From the NCBI GenBank assembly GCA_010015805.1, contig ML978121.1:1798001-1862000 (forward strand): 64,000 nucleotides of DNA, in the 5' to 3' direction. The notes beneath the pieces were generated by a model. It did no database searches, was not told where the DNA came from, and saw only the letters and a program-made list of their open reading frames with translations. Position 1 is the first letter of the stretch. Every line of letters begins with the position of its first letter. The translations under genes were made by a program, and so were the position numbers. Of this stretch, positions 45,718-58,997 are shown piece after piece. The DNA is from Rhizodiscina lignyota (Eukaryota).

Positions 45718-47166
45718 ATGACCTCAACGGAGAGATGCCAGCGATTGGTGTCATGGTTTCGACAGAATGGAGGCCATTTCCATCCAGACGTTGAACTGGT
45801 CGAAAACGAGCAGTTTGGACTTCACGTCGTCGCTCAACAACCTTTGGAACCTCCGGAAAACACATTGGATAAAGAGCAACAGGATGGTGGAGCGGAAGAA
45901 GCAGCTCCCGGCGCAATAGAGATTTGCAGCACTCCAGTTCAATTAACCATATCTCATCTCAATGCCTCTGGAAGTAGACCGGAGCTACAGACAGAGCTCA
46001 AGATTCCCGTGTTTGACAATGCCTCATCAAAACTTACGGGCCATGTACCTGAGAGCACAGTTGCTTATCTTGTGCTCATTGAGCAAAGGCTGCTAGGAGA
46101 GCAGTCGTTCTGGTACCCCTATCTATCCTGTCTTCCAACGGAAGCCGAGTTGACTACGCCGCTTTATTTCAGCAGCGACGATCTGCAATGGCTCCTTGGC
46201 ACGAATCTTCATACATCCAGCACAGATCCATCTCGCTCATCCGTAGAGCTTCGTCGCGAAATGTGGAAGGGCGATTGGCAGCAAGCATGCGATGCTCTTC
46301 GGGCACTTGGTGTTGATGTCTCGCAATATACATGGGAGATGTTCCTGTGGGCAGCGTCAATGTTCAGTTCACGCTGTTTTCCGTCGAATCTGACGTTGCC
46401 AAACCGAGGCGAGCCCTTCTCCTTGTTGTACCCAGTCCTTGACTGCTTAAACCACGAGTTCGGTGCTAAGGCGACATGGTTCTTCAAGGACGGATCATTC
46501 TCGTTGAGCGTCGAGAAGGCTCTGAAGAAGGGGGAACAGGTATTCAATAATTATGCTCCAAAGGGGAATGAAGAATGTAAGCAACCACGTATACTATGTC
46601 AAAGACACTGAAAGCGCTAATGTCGAGCAGTGCTCCTTGGATACGGCTTCACGCTCCCCGGCAACTCGGCAGACGAAGTCATGGTTCGACTGAGCAAGCC
46701 ACCTCCTCCTGTCCATGAGGTCTTGAAAGCAACATTGCCACAGCACTTCCAATCTGGGGAATGGGATTCATCAGAAGGGATGTTCTTCCTCCGCGGTCCA
46801 AAGCACTTCACCGGCGGGTACAGCCATGGAATTGAGTGCCTGCGCGGCGTTCCTTTCGAGATGTTCCGCATGCTCGCCGAAATGATGTACTTTATGTCTA
46901 CGAGCGAGAGTGATGGCGCTGGCGATCTGCCGGAGGAGAGCGAGCAGTTTGGATATGTAGTGGAAGAGATCTTGCACTTCCTGAAGCAGAAGTTAAGCCT
47001 AATACTAATCAATGACCCAAAAGGTCTGCCTGTAAATCGGAAGCAGGAGTTTGCAAAGATTTACAGGGATGGGCAGGTGGAGATTCTGAAATGTATAGTT
47101 GGGGAGCTAGACGGGTACTTGAAGACCGTGGCTGTTGCAGAGGGCGAGGAACCCGTCACGTCGTAA
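45718..47166 (+). CDS. SET-domain protein-lysine methyltransferase (Rkm1/Efm1/RuBisCO-LSMT-like)
   Basis: Exons 45718-46576 and 46631-47166. SFWYPYLSCLP, FLWAASMFSSRCF, LYPVLDCLNH, GEQVFNNYAPKGNEE|LLLGYGF. Confidence 0.92.
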
Positions 47167-47509
47167 GAAGACTTGTCCGAATCTAGATACCCAGTCCTTT
47201 GGTAGTACGTGGAATTTAACTCCGCTGGTATCCACTATTTCATACTCTAAAACTCAAGCAAGCCTCTATGCAGAGCAGGTGACCGGGTAAGTCCATGGAA
47301 ATATCAAGGACTAACCCCTCTAATGAATGAAACATATCTTTGTGTATGACCCGACGTTCTTTGGCATATCATTATGATAAGTTGGAGTAGCATAGCGTCC
47401 GCTTTCTGTAGATGCTCGAAGTCTCGTCCAGATAGGCCCCTTGATATCTGTGTTCTCTCCACAACTCCTGCACAGCGACAACATCTACAATTTTATTGAA
47501 TGCCCTTCA

Positions 47510-48280
47510 TCAAGCTCTAGATACTATCCCACTCAGCATGTACAGTTGAAACGAGCGAGGGCGACGTCTACTGCTGCTACACTCTGTGCAGGGTTCGACT
47601 TCAGGCGTGAGGAACGACCGATTCATGCCATCACGTGGAGAAGCCGACGCGTCAATATTTGCCTGCCTGATAACTCGCATCCCCGGTTCTCCAGCTGAAT
47701 ATCGGAATCTCTCTTCCGGAAGATACTCCTCGCTGTCGGGTTGTGACACCTCCAGTTCCCCTGAAGCGCCACGGTGTTCTGTGGCGGCGATGGACAAAGC
47801 AGATATGTCCTCACTAACCGCGCTATCTTCTTCGTACAAGACGGAACTGATTGCAGCTTGATAGGTGTGATACAGCTCATCGCGACGAATGACCATGCAA
47901 GGAGACGAAGAGGAAGGATATGGTGATGACGAAGACCGTTCCGACGAGCCGTTCTGCTGATTCAAGGACACCGGCGGAGAGCTGTTGATCAACGTGGCAC
48001 TGTCGTCACGAAAGGAGGATATGTCTGAAGCGTTTCGGACATCAGAGCTTGGTCTACAGCTGTGTCGGCTCACAGTGTTTGGATGTTGGAGGTAATTGGA
48101 TGTCGGGCCCTCGGTATTGGTTTGGAGTAGTCGCTCGATTTGCTGACCTACGGATTCAGGGATGACAGTGTCCACCTCTTGTATCTCTCTCTCATCGTGA
48201 CTGTCTCTATCGTCGTGATCGGTAGAGAGGAACGCGATCGGCGCATTCATAGTCCGAAGGGCTTTTGACGCTGCAAACAT
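47510..48280 (-). CDS. Hypothetical S/E-rich low-complexity protein
   Basis: Part of a 309-codon open frame; plausible ATG at 48280 (MFAASKAL...). No recognisable domain; ends uncertain. Confidence 0.4.
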   Translation of the reverse strand: MFAASKALRTMNAPIAFLSTDHDDRDSHDEREIQEVDTVIPESVGQQIERLLQTNTEGPTSNYLQHPNTVSRHSCRPSSDVRNASDISSFRDDSATLINSSPPVSLNQQNGSSERSSSSPYPSSSSPCMVIRRDELYHTYQAAISSVLYEEDSAVSEDISALSIAATEHRGASGELEVSQPDSEEYLPEERFRYSAGEPGMRVIRQANIDASASPRDGMNRSFLTPEVEPCTECSSSRRRPRSFQLYMLSGIVSRA

Positions 48281-48666
48281 TGTGTGCCAATCTGGTGCGA
48301 GGCCAAAGAAAACACTAAGACAGTGGGTTAATAGAAAAGACAAGTCGGAGGAGCCTTCAGAAACTGAGTATAGTGTTACAGTAGTCTTGTTTACATAGTC
48401 GAGTGTGTTCATGCCGGTGCTTAGACAAACGAAATCCACGCTTGAACGCTATATATGAAAATCATCCCCAGAGATGCGCAATCTGGATTACAATCGAGTA
48501 GGAGTGAGCACCGTCAGCGAAAAGCGTATCTTGACTGTGCAACCAAAATCTGAACTGAGAGAATTGAGAAATGAGCCAAATGCCCAGAAACATACTCCGT
48601 CGCTATGCAATTCGAGGCCTCCAACAAACGTCATGATCGAAATACAACCCTTCCAAATTCCTTCTC

Positions 48667-49420
48667 CTAGTGATGACCAAAGCGATGCTCCTCAAAGTTA
48701 GCAACGGGCATCTTCACCTGGCCAATTACCCTCAACTCCGCAGCCGGGATGTCGTAAATGAGACCATAAATCTGGAGTCCCCTGTCTCTTATGGCCGCCA
48801 GAACAGTCTTATTCCTCTTCAGCGTCTCGAGGCTGTTCTGCACGTTTAGTTCCGCGAGATAATTCGCCTTCTCGTCCGTGCTTTGCAACCTGCCCAGCTC
48901 TTTTTCGTGCCTCTTCCGGATCTCGCGCACTGGACTCAACCAAGTATTTAGCGTTTCCCCCAAGTCTGCATCGCTCAGAGCTGCAGTCGCTCCACCGCAT
49001 TTAGTGTGGCCGCACACAATGATCCTCTTGACTTTCAGGTTGCCGACGGCATATTCGATCACGGACTGCGAACTGACGTCCGACGGGTGCAGCACATTTG
49101 CGATATTCCGATGCACGAAGATGTCGCCGGGTTGGCAATCGCAGATGGTCGTCTCTGGGACTCGAGAGTCGGCGCATCCGATCCAGAGGACTTCCGGCGA
49201 CTGGCCAGCGCTGAGAGTAGTGAGGAGCTCTGGGTTGAACGAAGTGAGACGCTTGGAGTAGGACTTGTTGCCGGCGATAACACGGTCAAATGCGTCTATT
49301 AAGGTACGTTAGCGATAATGTTTTCTAGCATGACTCGGGATTTTCATGCAGGGTTGGATGATACGAGGCCGGGATTGCGAGTGGTGCTGAAAGGGGGTGC
49401 ATACCAGGCAATTTGGCCAT
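48667..49420 (-). CDS. NCE103: Beta-class carbonic anhydrase
   Basis: Exons 49420-49405 and 49295-48667. GQSPEVLWIGCADSRVPE, PGDIFVHRNIAN and IIVCGHTKCGG supply the Cys/His/Cys Zn ligands. Confidence 0.95.
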
Positions 49421-50364
49421 TTCAGTCAGCGAAAGGGGGACAATTGAAGGGAAATTTGGTTTGCAGTAGCAGAAAACCTTAGAGATTATAGTACGCGGTT
49501 TGAAAGAAGAATTCGGGAATAGAATTAAATAAAAAGTAGACGGTGGCAACAGCTGAGTGATTAAGAAATATCGCTCTGCATGCGTTGGTTGTCGACTGGC
49601 CCTCGGAGCTCGCGGTTGACCTCCACGCCCTGACGTGGACGTGGGCAGCGTCAACCAGGAGCAATCCGAAAATAAGCCAAGTTGCATGTGCAAGAGGTCC
49701 GATTGACTTCCAGGCCCTCCGTGAGGCCGGAGATACCTCGTTCCTATATGTATTTGCGACCAAGAGATGGCTGTGACGCCATGACATCTTGTCCGGAGAT
49801 CTATCACGTCTCGGCGCGTTTAAGCACTCTTGGGCAATACGACCACAGCGCCACCCCGCCTCGCCTCAGCAGAAATTGCCTGGGGTGTAATCAATGTGGA
49901 TGACGGAGCAATCTGGCGTGTCTCTCCGATCTAGATAGGCAATAGGGTTGGCGGTCGTGCGCGCGGACTTTGAAGTTTCGGCTCCTCGCGGCCAGCCCGA
50001 GTGTGCAAAGCGCCGATGAGGTGCTGACAGCAATCGCAAGTTCGTAGTAGAGTTGTAGATAGCTTTACTCTGTGTGAATTATATTAGATACACAATACAT
50101 GCTCTGATTAAGGACATAACAGCACAAGTCAAAATCAATTGATGTCTGTGGTATTGTGGTATTGCGGCGAGCCTTACAAAATTGTGCCTGTACACGACGA
50201 ACACTGCAACAGGGCTACTTATTATTCGATCTTGCAAGACTAAATACTGAAAGATTAGAAAGTGTCTATAGGATGTTCTACAATCTAAATAGCAGGGCAT
50301 GATATACCTCGATTCTGCAAAAGCTGTTCTAACCTGCCATTGAAATTGCCATGCTCGTGCGAAC

Positions 50365-51117
50365 TCAATCCGCCTGCTCGTCTGACCAGATCCACCCGCC
50401 TGGACAAGTGTCCACCTTCTTGCCATAAGGCGGAGGGTCCCTGCAAAACGGTTTCTCATCCTGCGACATCTCAGACGTCAAATTCTCCTTTCCTGTTGGG
50501 GAATATTTCACAGTCGAGCCACCAAAGGTGCGCTTTAGTTTAGACTGCTTCTGTCTGAACTTTTCGGCAAGCTTGTGCAATTTCTTGTGTTTTGGATGCG
50601 TTTTTCTGTACTCCTTCAATACGGTCTCGTAGTGGTCCTTCTCTCGTTCGTAGACATCTCGAAGCTTCATTTCGTCTTCCAAATCCCTCATCTTCTCCTT
50701 CAGCTCTGCACGCTTCTTCTCATACTTGGTTGGCTCGCAGTATCTGCGTTGGTAAATAGCATCAAAAACCACGTAACTGCTCGCCCGGCTGGCGACCTTC
50801 ATCTGTTTCCCATGCTCGGTCATTGGGTTCTTGACGATAGCCTTTTTGCAGAGGTCTTCGAGCTTGTCCTGCTGAATGGTGCGTAGAGACAATCCAGGCT
50901 CGTACCAAGCATTGATAAATTCCCGAATTGCCGTGGGGCAGGAAGTGGCGAGACCATGACTGCGTTCAGTCAGGATGTTGAAGAGGTAAGCCCGCACCTG
51001 TATGTAGTTGGCTTCTTTAGGGGGCAGCGGAGGATAAGGGTTATCATGCTGTGCTTTCGCAATAGACTCGTTGTCCAACGGAGACAGCAAAGACAGCAAG
51101 GAAGCTGGGTTTCCCAT
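50365..51117 (-). CDS. Hypothetical protein: MGxxxS N-terminus, helical domain, K/E-rich coiled coil
   Basis: 250-aa ATG ORF with protein-like composition and no competing gene. Confidence 0.65.
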   Translation of the reverse strand: MGNPASLLSLLSPLDNESIAKAQHDNPYPPLPPKEANYIQVRAYLFNILTERSHGLATSCPTAIREFINAWYEPGLSLRTIQQDKLEDLCKKAIVKNPMTEHGKQMKVASRASSYVVFDAIYQRRYCEPTKYEKKRAELKEKMRDLEDEMKLRDVYEREKDHYETVLKEYRKTHPKHKKLHKLAEKFRQKQSKLKRTFGGSTVKYSPTGKENLTSEMSQDEKPFCRDPPPYGKKVDTCPGGWIWSDEQAD

Positions 51118-52332
51118 GTTTTCTAGCTCAAGGCGTACATGCGTTTAGAGAGCTTGGGAGTAGAATTGAAATGGCATTCTTCAGAGGCGGAGAAGCTTGA
51201 TGGGGAGTCTCTAGTCCGTGCGGAAAATATTACACTTACTGCCCTCACTATTGAGAGTCTGCTTGATTGATCTTACTCCAATGGAAGGGTAGTTAATTCG
51301 AAGCTTCTGCGGGGCGTCTTCTGTGAGACACCATCGGCACTCATACCACAACTTGGCTCCCAGGGCTACCTCGAGATACTGAGTAGTGTCGGTCGACTGC
51401 ATGTGGGAAAGATGAGCATTGTCTAAGAAGACATCCAGTCAGCGGTTCCCTCGTGCTGGCGCGCACACACACACAAGCAGCACTATTGGAGTTGCGCGAG
51501 CGGCGTCTGTGCGTTGTAGTCTTGATATTCATGCTGATTCATGTACCCCGTACGCAGACGGGATAAAGTGAATAGGCACGTGAAAATTCAAAAAGTCGAA
51601 GTTGAGTTCAGAAGAAATCCCCAGACGAAAACGCGCTTCTGGGGCTGAAGGTGAAGTAACATCGCAGGATGCTCGAGCTAGAAAAGCTGATCTGCACGAT
51701 GCGACATCAATATTTTGCCTTGCTTCGGCCCGCGGCAGCATTTATTGTCTGAGGTCGTGAGTCGCCACATACGGCCAGAAAGGACACGTATATTGTGATG
51801 GGCAAGATAGGTGGGCTATGTGCATCGATTATCGTGAGATGCTCTCAGGAGAGGAGCCAGTGGAGGGTTGAGAAATTGATCGGTGTCCATCAACGCGTGC
51901 CGACAGTAGAAATTGGGATTGCAGGAGACGGCAAAAACGCCAAAATAGAAGCCAGCCCGTCGCCTCAGCCACATCCGCGCATGCATATCGTGACTTTCGG
52001 CCATCGCCTTCTCACGCGCCCCCTTCGAGTTCGCCGATTCGCCTGCACGCCCAGCCCCTGGAGGATTGCGGAAAAGGAGGGACCCACTCACCGCGCACGA
52101 CGGCGCCTGGACCCTTGCCTGAAATCTGGCACCTTTTCACGCCGCGCATATATTGACCCTGACGAGCTATCGTGAACACTTTTTGCTCTTTGACCCAAAC
52201 TTCACTTCCATTCTGCTGTGCCTCCTTCCCCAGCCTTTGCGTTCTGCATCCACTCGTTTCCATAGCCAGACTGAGAATATTCAATCCCAATAAAACTTTT
52301 CCAGTCGCTACGAATCTCCACATTCCTCCAAA

Positions 52333-53661
52333 ATGAAGGGTACGTGTTCACCGCACCATATCGACAGCTTTGTGTGCTGACCCTGTATAGCCCTCATTCT
52401 CGTCGGCGGGTTCGGTACTCGTCTGCGACCTCTTGTACGTCCCCTCGGACTTGGTCCAACCGCGACTCGAGCCCGTCCAGCTGTACTCCACCATTGTACT
52501 GACAGTCCCAAAAGACCCTCACTCTCCCCAAGCCCCTCGTCGAGTTCGGCAACAGACCCATGATTCTTCATCAAGTTGAGTCTCTGGCTGCTGCCGGTGT
52601 TACCGACATTGTCCTAGCCGTCAACTACAGGCCAGAGATCATGACTCAGGCGCTCAAGAAGGTTCGCGACACAATCTGCAAAGGTCATTGACAAGAGTCT
52701 AACTGGCTGTACCTAGTACGAGAAGGAGTACAACGTCCGGATAGAGTTCTCCGTCGAAAGCGAACCCCTCGGCACCGCTGGTCCTCTCAAGCTCGCTGAG
52801 AAGATTCTCGGCAAGGACGACTCTCCCTTCTTCGTCCTCAACTCCGACGTCATCTGCGAATACCCATTCGAAGAGCTCGCCGCTTTCCACAAGTCCCACG
52901 GTCAGGAGGGCACAATCGTCGTCACAAAGGTGGAAGAGCCGTCGAAATACGGTGTCATTGTCCACAAGCCAGACCACCCCTCGAGGATAGACCGCTTTGT
53001 GGAGAAGCCGGTAGAGTTCGTGGGCAACCGCATCAACGCCGGTCTGTACATCTTGAACCCTAGCATCCTCAAGAGGATCGAACTCCGACCCACCTCGATC
53101 GAACAAGAGACATTCCCTGCTATGGTCAAGGATGGCCAACTCCACTCGTTTGACCTCGAGGGCTTCTGGATGGATGTCGGTCAGCCCAAGGACTTCCTTG
53201 CCGGCACCTGCCTCTATCTCTCTTCCCTCACCAAGAAGAAGTCTAAGCTTCTTACCTCAACATCAGAGCCCTACGTTCACGGTGGCAACGTCATGATTGA
53301 CCCCTCTGCAAAGATTGGCAAAAACTGCCGCATTGGCCCTAATGTTACCATTGGTCCCAATGTTGTCATCGGCGACGGTGTCCGTCTGCAGCGCTGCGTC
53401 CTGCTCCAGGGCAGCAAGGTCAAGGACCATGCTTGGGTCAAGTCAACCATTGTTGGCTGGAATAGCTCTGTCGGACGCTGGGCTCGCCTCGAGAACGTGA
53501 CTGTCCTCGGAGACGACGTGAGCATTGGCGACGAGATCTATGTCAATGGCGGCTCCATCCTGCCGCACAAGTCGATTAAGGCGAACATTGACTGTGAGTA
53601 TTACAGACGAGAAATTATAGGACTCCACTAACGCTCTACAGCGCCCGCCATTATCATGTAA
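52333..53661 (+). CDS. PSA1: Mannose-1-phosphate guanylyltransferase (GDP-mannose pyrophosphorylase)
   Basis: Exons 52333-52339, 52391-52434, 52515-52661, 52717-53593, 53642-53661. [53 protein letters not shown], hexapeptide repeats. Confidence 0.97.
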
Positions 53662-54730
53662 ACGACGGCAGCTCGATCAAAAATCTCCTGTCGTTCAGCC
53701 GCTCCACTTCTCTGCTTCTCCGCTCCACTTTTGCTACTTTGGCATTCGATTTTTGGACAATCTGATTCAGGGCTCAACCCATTGACCTGACCAGTTGTCG
53801 ATTTTATTCAATTCTGGTTTTGCGTTTTATGGCATGGCAAAGGCGGATTTGATTGGGATGGAACGGGATTATTATAGAGTACCTCGCACGATTATATCCT
53901 GGCGCATGACGAAGGGGATGGTTGCGATAACTTAGAACTGACCTCGCTCAAGCTGGGCGCTTGTCAGTGTAATAATACATTTTGTCTCTCGAGACAATCC
54001 ATTTGGCTGATTCCTCGAGTTTCTTGCTCTACTGGCGTTCGCATTGTCTGGATCTTTCATGCTCATTAAAAGAAACAGTGTCGCTAACTTCCTCGAGGCT
54101 GACAGAAAAGCTAAGCGCGAGACAAGCGGTCAGACTTCACGAGCAGTTAGTCTTATCCTCCGAGACAACTCACAAGCGGGAGCAGCTCTGAAAGCTTGGT
54201 TCAATATGCTTCAGACACCATCTGTCAAGGCTGAAGCTTCGAGATTCATAATTTGCACAGGGTGAAGAGTCAACTGTTTGTGTTGGCCTCGAATATCAAA
54301 GCCTTGCCGTCGTTCGTCAATCACGGCGGTTTGACAAGTTGCGATTGGCAACATCCCATGGCAGTGCCAGCCAATCTCGAGCATTTACTCAATGCAGAGT
54401 ATTATGCTTGCTTTTCATGGGAATTATATCCTTCACTCCTAAGATTTTGATGTGCTCTACTTTTCAGTAAGTTAATAGTCTTCTAAAAACTCAAATTTCG
54501 GGTTTTCTTTACGCGTATTCTCAATCTCATGATGGTCGCTCTTTCCACCGCTTCGAGGGCAGCCTCGTGGTACAGGTCTTCTGCCTTGAGGATGACCTTC
54601 GTTTGGAACTTAGTCGGACTGACTTTGTCTCTCCTGAGACTAGGAACTATCTCAAGGCCGCTTTAAGATCTCTCTGGCTGGTCTTCGTCAACTCCTTGCA
54701 TCATCAGCATAATGGCGTTTCGACGAATTT

Positions 54731-55760
54731 ATGCACCCGCTTGCATCCTCCTTCTCTATGCTACTCTTGAGGTAGGTGACTCGCAGGAGTTTGATCCTGC
54801 GCTGTATCAGAATAGTCCGCCAGTGTACCCAACGCGTGAGTAACTCCTTTGAGCCGATGGCAACGAAGTCAATGCTAACTAAGACTACGAAGCGAACACT
54901 ACGACAGTAATTGGGAAGGCTTTTCGGTTGATCCGTATCTAACTGGCATAGCTATGGAAGAGACGATCATTGGGGTGCAGAGCACAGGGGTGCAGGCATG
55001 CGCAAAGCACTGGCTAGCGAACGAGCAGGAGACGCAACGAACGTCGACTTACGATCTGTTTGGTAATACGGTGACCGAAGCGGTCTCGTCAAATGTGGAC
55101 GACAGGACGCTGCATGAGCTATACGCTTGACCAAGATCGGTCGAACTATCCGACAATTGATCCCTCAAGTGCAGAGCGCAATCTGCTCTTTGAGGCTCTT
55201 GAAGGACCCCCTCCCTTCAAATTGAGCGGAACATCGAGCCGCGATGTGCGAGCAAACCATTCGCTGCTCATACGTGAGCTAGCCGCGGGCGCCACAGTTC
55301 TCTTGAAGAACAGCAACAACGCCCTTCCACTCAAGAAGCTCAAAAATATTGCTGTTTTGGGAACGATCAAGGCGAGCCCGTTGAAACTTTTTTGGATGTC
55401 GCGATTGGGACATACAATTGGCCTGATGGCAGAAGCTTGAGCTTCCTTATTGCTCCTTTGGATGCGATTCAAGAGAGAGCAAAGACGGATGGAAGCAAAG
55501 TCCAGAGCTTCGTCAGCAATATTGTCTCAGATGTTCTTGCCGACTTGAAGATCATCTCGCCATATCCGGATGCCTCGTGTTCCTTAAAGTCTAGGCGGAA
55601 AGAAGCCAAGGACAGAACGACATTGGATGCTAACTGGAATGGAAATGACCTCGTGAACAGCGTCGCAGGATTCTGCGACAATACTGTTGTCGTATTTCAT
55701 ACACCAGGCCAGACGAACGTTCCTTTCTCCTCTCACCCGAACGTCACTGTAATCCTGAGT
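54731..55760 (+). pseudogene. GH3 beta-glucosidase relic with large internal deletions and frameshifts
   Basis: Fragments in correct order: SPPVYPT (plus intron 54836-54892); [13 protein letters not shown]...[15 protein letters not shown]...[55 protein letters not shown]...NTVVVFH...HPNVTVIL. Confidence 0.88.
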
Positions 55761-56897
55761 GAGCGTTTGGGATGTGGTAACGCAGAAGTGGGAACTGGCG
55801 AAAGGAACAATTGCAGTAGAGGTCGGTTGGTGGACAGACGATGTTCAGGGAAGGGGAACAATTCAAATGGAATGAGCGGACAATTGGCATTATGAGGACA
55901 TCTACATATGTATTAATGCATAATTGAGGCTATTGCCTCATGATACATCACAGCAATCGTATCGCCGACAGCGTGATCAGCGATCGTGTGCTCCATTACG
56001 CACGCCAACAAACAGGATTTCTGTATTATAAAGGGAGAGAGACAAAGACGGCGTTTTCAAGCAATTCAAGGTGATAATAATTATAATCATTCATTTCATA
56101 TATACACCAATCCTATTTATAAAGAGTTCCGTGCACTTATGTGCAAAGTTAATAGGGACGCTAAGCATCCTATGAACACTTCCGAATGGCTTCGAACATT
56201 CCTAACCGGGAAGATACCCGTAGAGATAGAGACGCCATACATTCACCAGTGAAGTGTTACCACTCGGGACGCTAAGCGTCGTAGGCGAGGCTTCTACGAT
56301 GTTCCCTTCGTCACCATTAACTGTAGTGATTCCATGAACGTTTACGTCTCCGTCAACAACTGACAGCTCACTTCTCGTCTTGCTCAGTAACATTGTCCTG
56401 ACGAATTGAAAGCGATCGCCCTAGCTCTTATAACCTGCTCTAAAAGCGCTTCGGTCGATTCAGCGTATTTACTTCGTCGTCGTCGCACTGCACGACGCGT
56501 CAGTTTGACAGAGAACCTCGTTCCACCTTCGCGAGCCTCCACAGCAACCAAATCCAACCTTCGTATCCCTACGCCCGTCTCTTGTATAGGATTTAAAAGA
56601 ATTCAGGAGGTGACTTTGAGGAGATATAGGGCTTTGAGCCCGACGACACACCAGCAGCTCGTAAGAAAGGTGAGTCCCGCATCCACATACGGCGTCAAAC
56701 TTCACGTCTCAGAGCTTGGCGATATCATCCAAGTATCACAGAAGACACATTTATCTTCTTGTCAACAGTCTTCAAGCCCGCTGACGAAATTGCTGAACAG
56801 AATCGCGATAGAAGCCCAGAAAACCGGTGGTAAAGTAGGACAAACCCCACCACCCACGAACTGCTCGCGAATGATTGTAAAGATAGGAGAACTGAGC

Positions 56898-58997
56898 ATG
56901 TCTACACTCATGCCTGCATCTGCGCAACAAAATGGTGGGCCTCCACAACCACCCGCAGCGCAATGGCCAGGCGGCCTGGTGCCATCCACCTTCTACCAGC
57001 AGATGAGCAACACGACTTTGCGACAAGGAGGCCCGACACAGTACAGTAAGGTTGAACTTCGTCTACGCCTCGTGATGATGTTAACTAGCAATAGCAACGC
57101 CTCGTCGATGCGGTTACGATTGGAACGGTAATATAAACCCGAACGATGTGACCTCGTTTCACCCAGGACAAGATTTCGACCTCACGAACCTACCCGGAAC
57201 GTTCTACCAGAAACAGCCAACGGGGCCTGACTTAGTGCCAGCGCAATGGGATCCGCCAGCTCCGAAACGGGATTCTTCAGGAAATATCATGATCAGCTGG
57301 TTTGACAAGAATCCAGTCCTGGATTACAAAGTCCTTCCGGACAGGATTGGCACGAATGAGGAATGGTTCTACATCGAGCTGTGGATGCGAGCAGATCCCA
57401 GGATCAGGTTTAGAGATATTGTCGCGAGGATGCTACCCGACCCAGGTAAAAAGATTTGGAAGACGTCTAACAACTGGCGACCTGTCAACAAGATGAATAT
57501 GTTGGTTTCACGTGGTCGCGAGAAGTTTCATATCCAGACCTGGGATTCGAGACGAATGAACCAAACTACCATCCATGCAACGCGTGAGTAGTTTGTATCG
57601 AGCACCCTACGAACTGTTAGCTGACGTCTACTGCAGCGGCGACGATACCTAACAACTCCTCAAGAGGCGTTACACCAGGCTTGAGGGACCCAACTCTGCC
57701 GCATACGCACCCAGGCAACTGGGTTCCTCTACCTGCCGGAGATTACGACCCTATCAAAACCCCATTGAAGGAACATGAAGAAATTGCAGCTGCGTTTGCG
57801 AGGCAAAGGAGGGAACAAATTCTGGCAGCTGTTGGTCTCGGCCCAGCGCACGCGAATGCAATATACGTCAGCACTGGCCAGCAAACAACATCAACAGTAC
57901 AGAATAATAATCTGGTGACGGCTCCCGGACCAGTTTCCACAGGTCCAGTTACCCGACAGGCAGCAAGAACTCAGAGCAACGCCGTCTTGCGGAACAGCAA
58001 GAAGATTCCTGCAAATGACAGTCAGACAGGTGCCTCGCAGCAGCTCGATGCAAGCGAATATGATACGGATTCGGACCAAAGCAATGGATCTTCCTCAAGT
58101 GCCAGGAGCATCTCCCAGTCACACGGCACCGTAGACGACAGTCATGCTCCGAGCCAGACAGGGACGAAGAGAAAGCGCGACGCTTCCGAGTTGAGCGACC
58201 AGTCAACTAGCACGGCACCACAGCAACTCCGAGATGCATACGTTGCATACGTGCCGCCTGAGGGGAGCATGAATGCTCAACCTGCGTTATTGCGAAGATT
58301 TGCCTCTTCTACAGGAACTCCCAACCAGCGCGACATTGCTGGAGTCCTAGACACCCCGACATTCCGTAGGTGGTTTCTGAACAGGTACGGCGAGCTGTAT
58401 TCACCAGAGATCCATCATTTTCTCGGGCCAGAAATTGTGCAGCTGTACACAACTTCTGAGTCCTTCAGTCTCGAGGAGATGATCGGTGAATTTCGTGGGC
58501 ATCAGAAGGCATTAGTGCACACCGAGATCATCGATTTGACTGCTGATGAAGACTACCACCCCGATATTCCTGGTGACAGTCATCATCGTGATCTTAGAAT
58601 GCATGGCCGATCCACTGACAGTTGCTCTGAGGTAGAGGTGTCAGGTGCTAGGAACGAGGGAGAAAACGACGCAAACGTGCCGAGATCTTCTAAGCGCGCC
58701 CGATATGATTTCGATCTCGATTTCGATCTCGATTCCGATCTCGATTCCATGGAGGTACCAATGTGGGAGAGCAGCAGATTAGGCTTCCAACAGGATCCCA
58801 AGGCGCAAGAGGATATGAATGAGCTAGAATTTGGTGAAATTCTGGCGTTCGCTCGCAGTGCGTCCTCGACAATGCAGCCCCCAACGTGCGATCCATCCTG
58901 GGAAGTCTTCCAGCTGCGGCCACTGCCGCTGAATGGCCTGAATAAGTCCGCATTTTCAGAAATCTTTCACCTTGGTACGACGCAGGTTGGCCTGTGA
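56898..58997 (+). CDS. Uncharacterised fungal protein
   Basis: Exons 56898-57045, 57089/57095-57583 and 57637-58997 splice in frame. Ordered core VLPDRIGTNEEWFYIELWMRADPRIRFRDIVARM...NNSSRGVTPGL; basic NLS-like TKRKR and SKRAR; disordered tail. Confidence 0.75.
58707..58748. repeat. Coding hexamer repeat (GATYYC)n encoding DFDLDFDLDSDLDS
   Basis: gatttcgatctcgatttcgatctcgattccgatctcgattcc seen directly. Confidence 0.9.
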
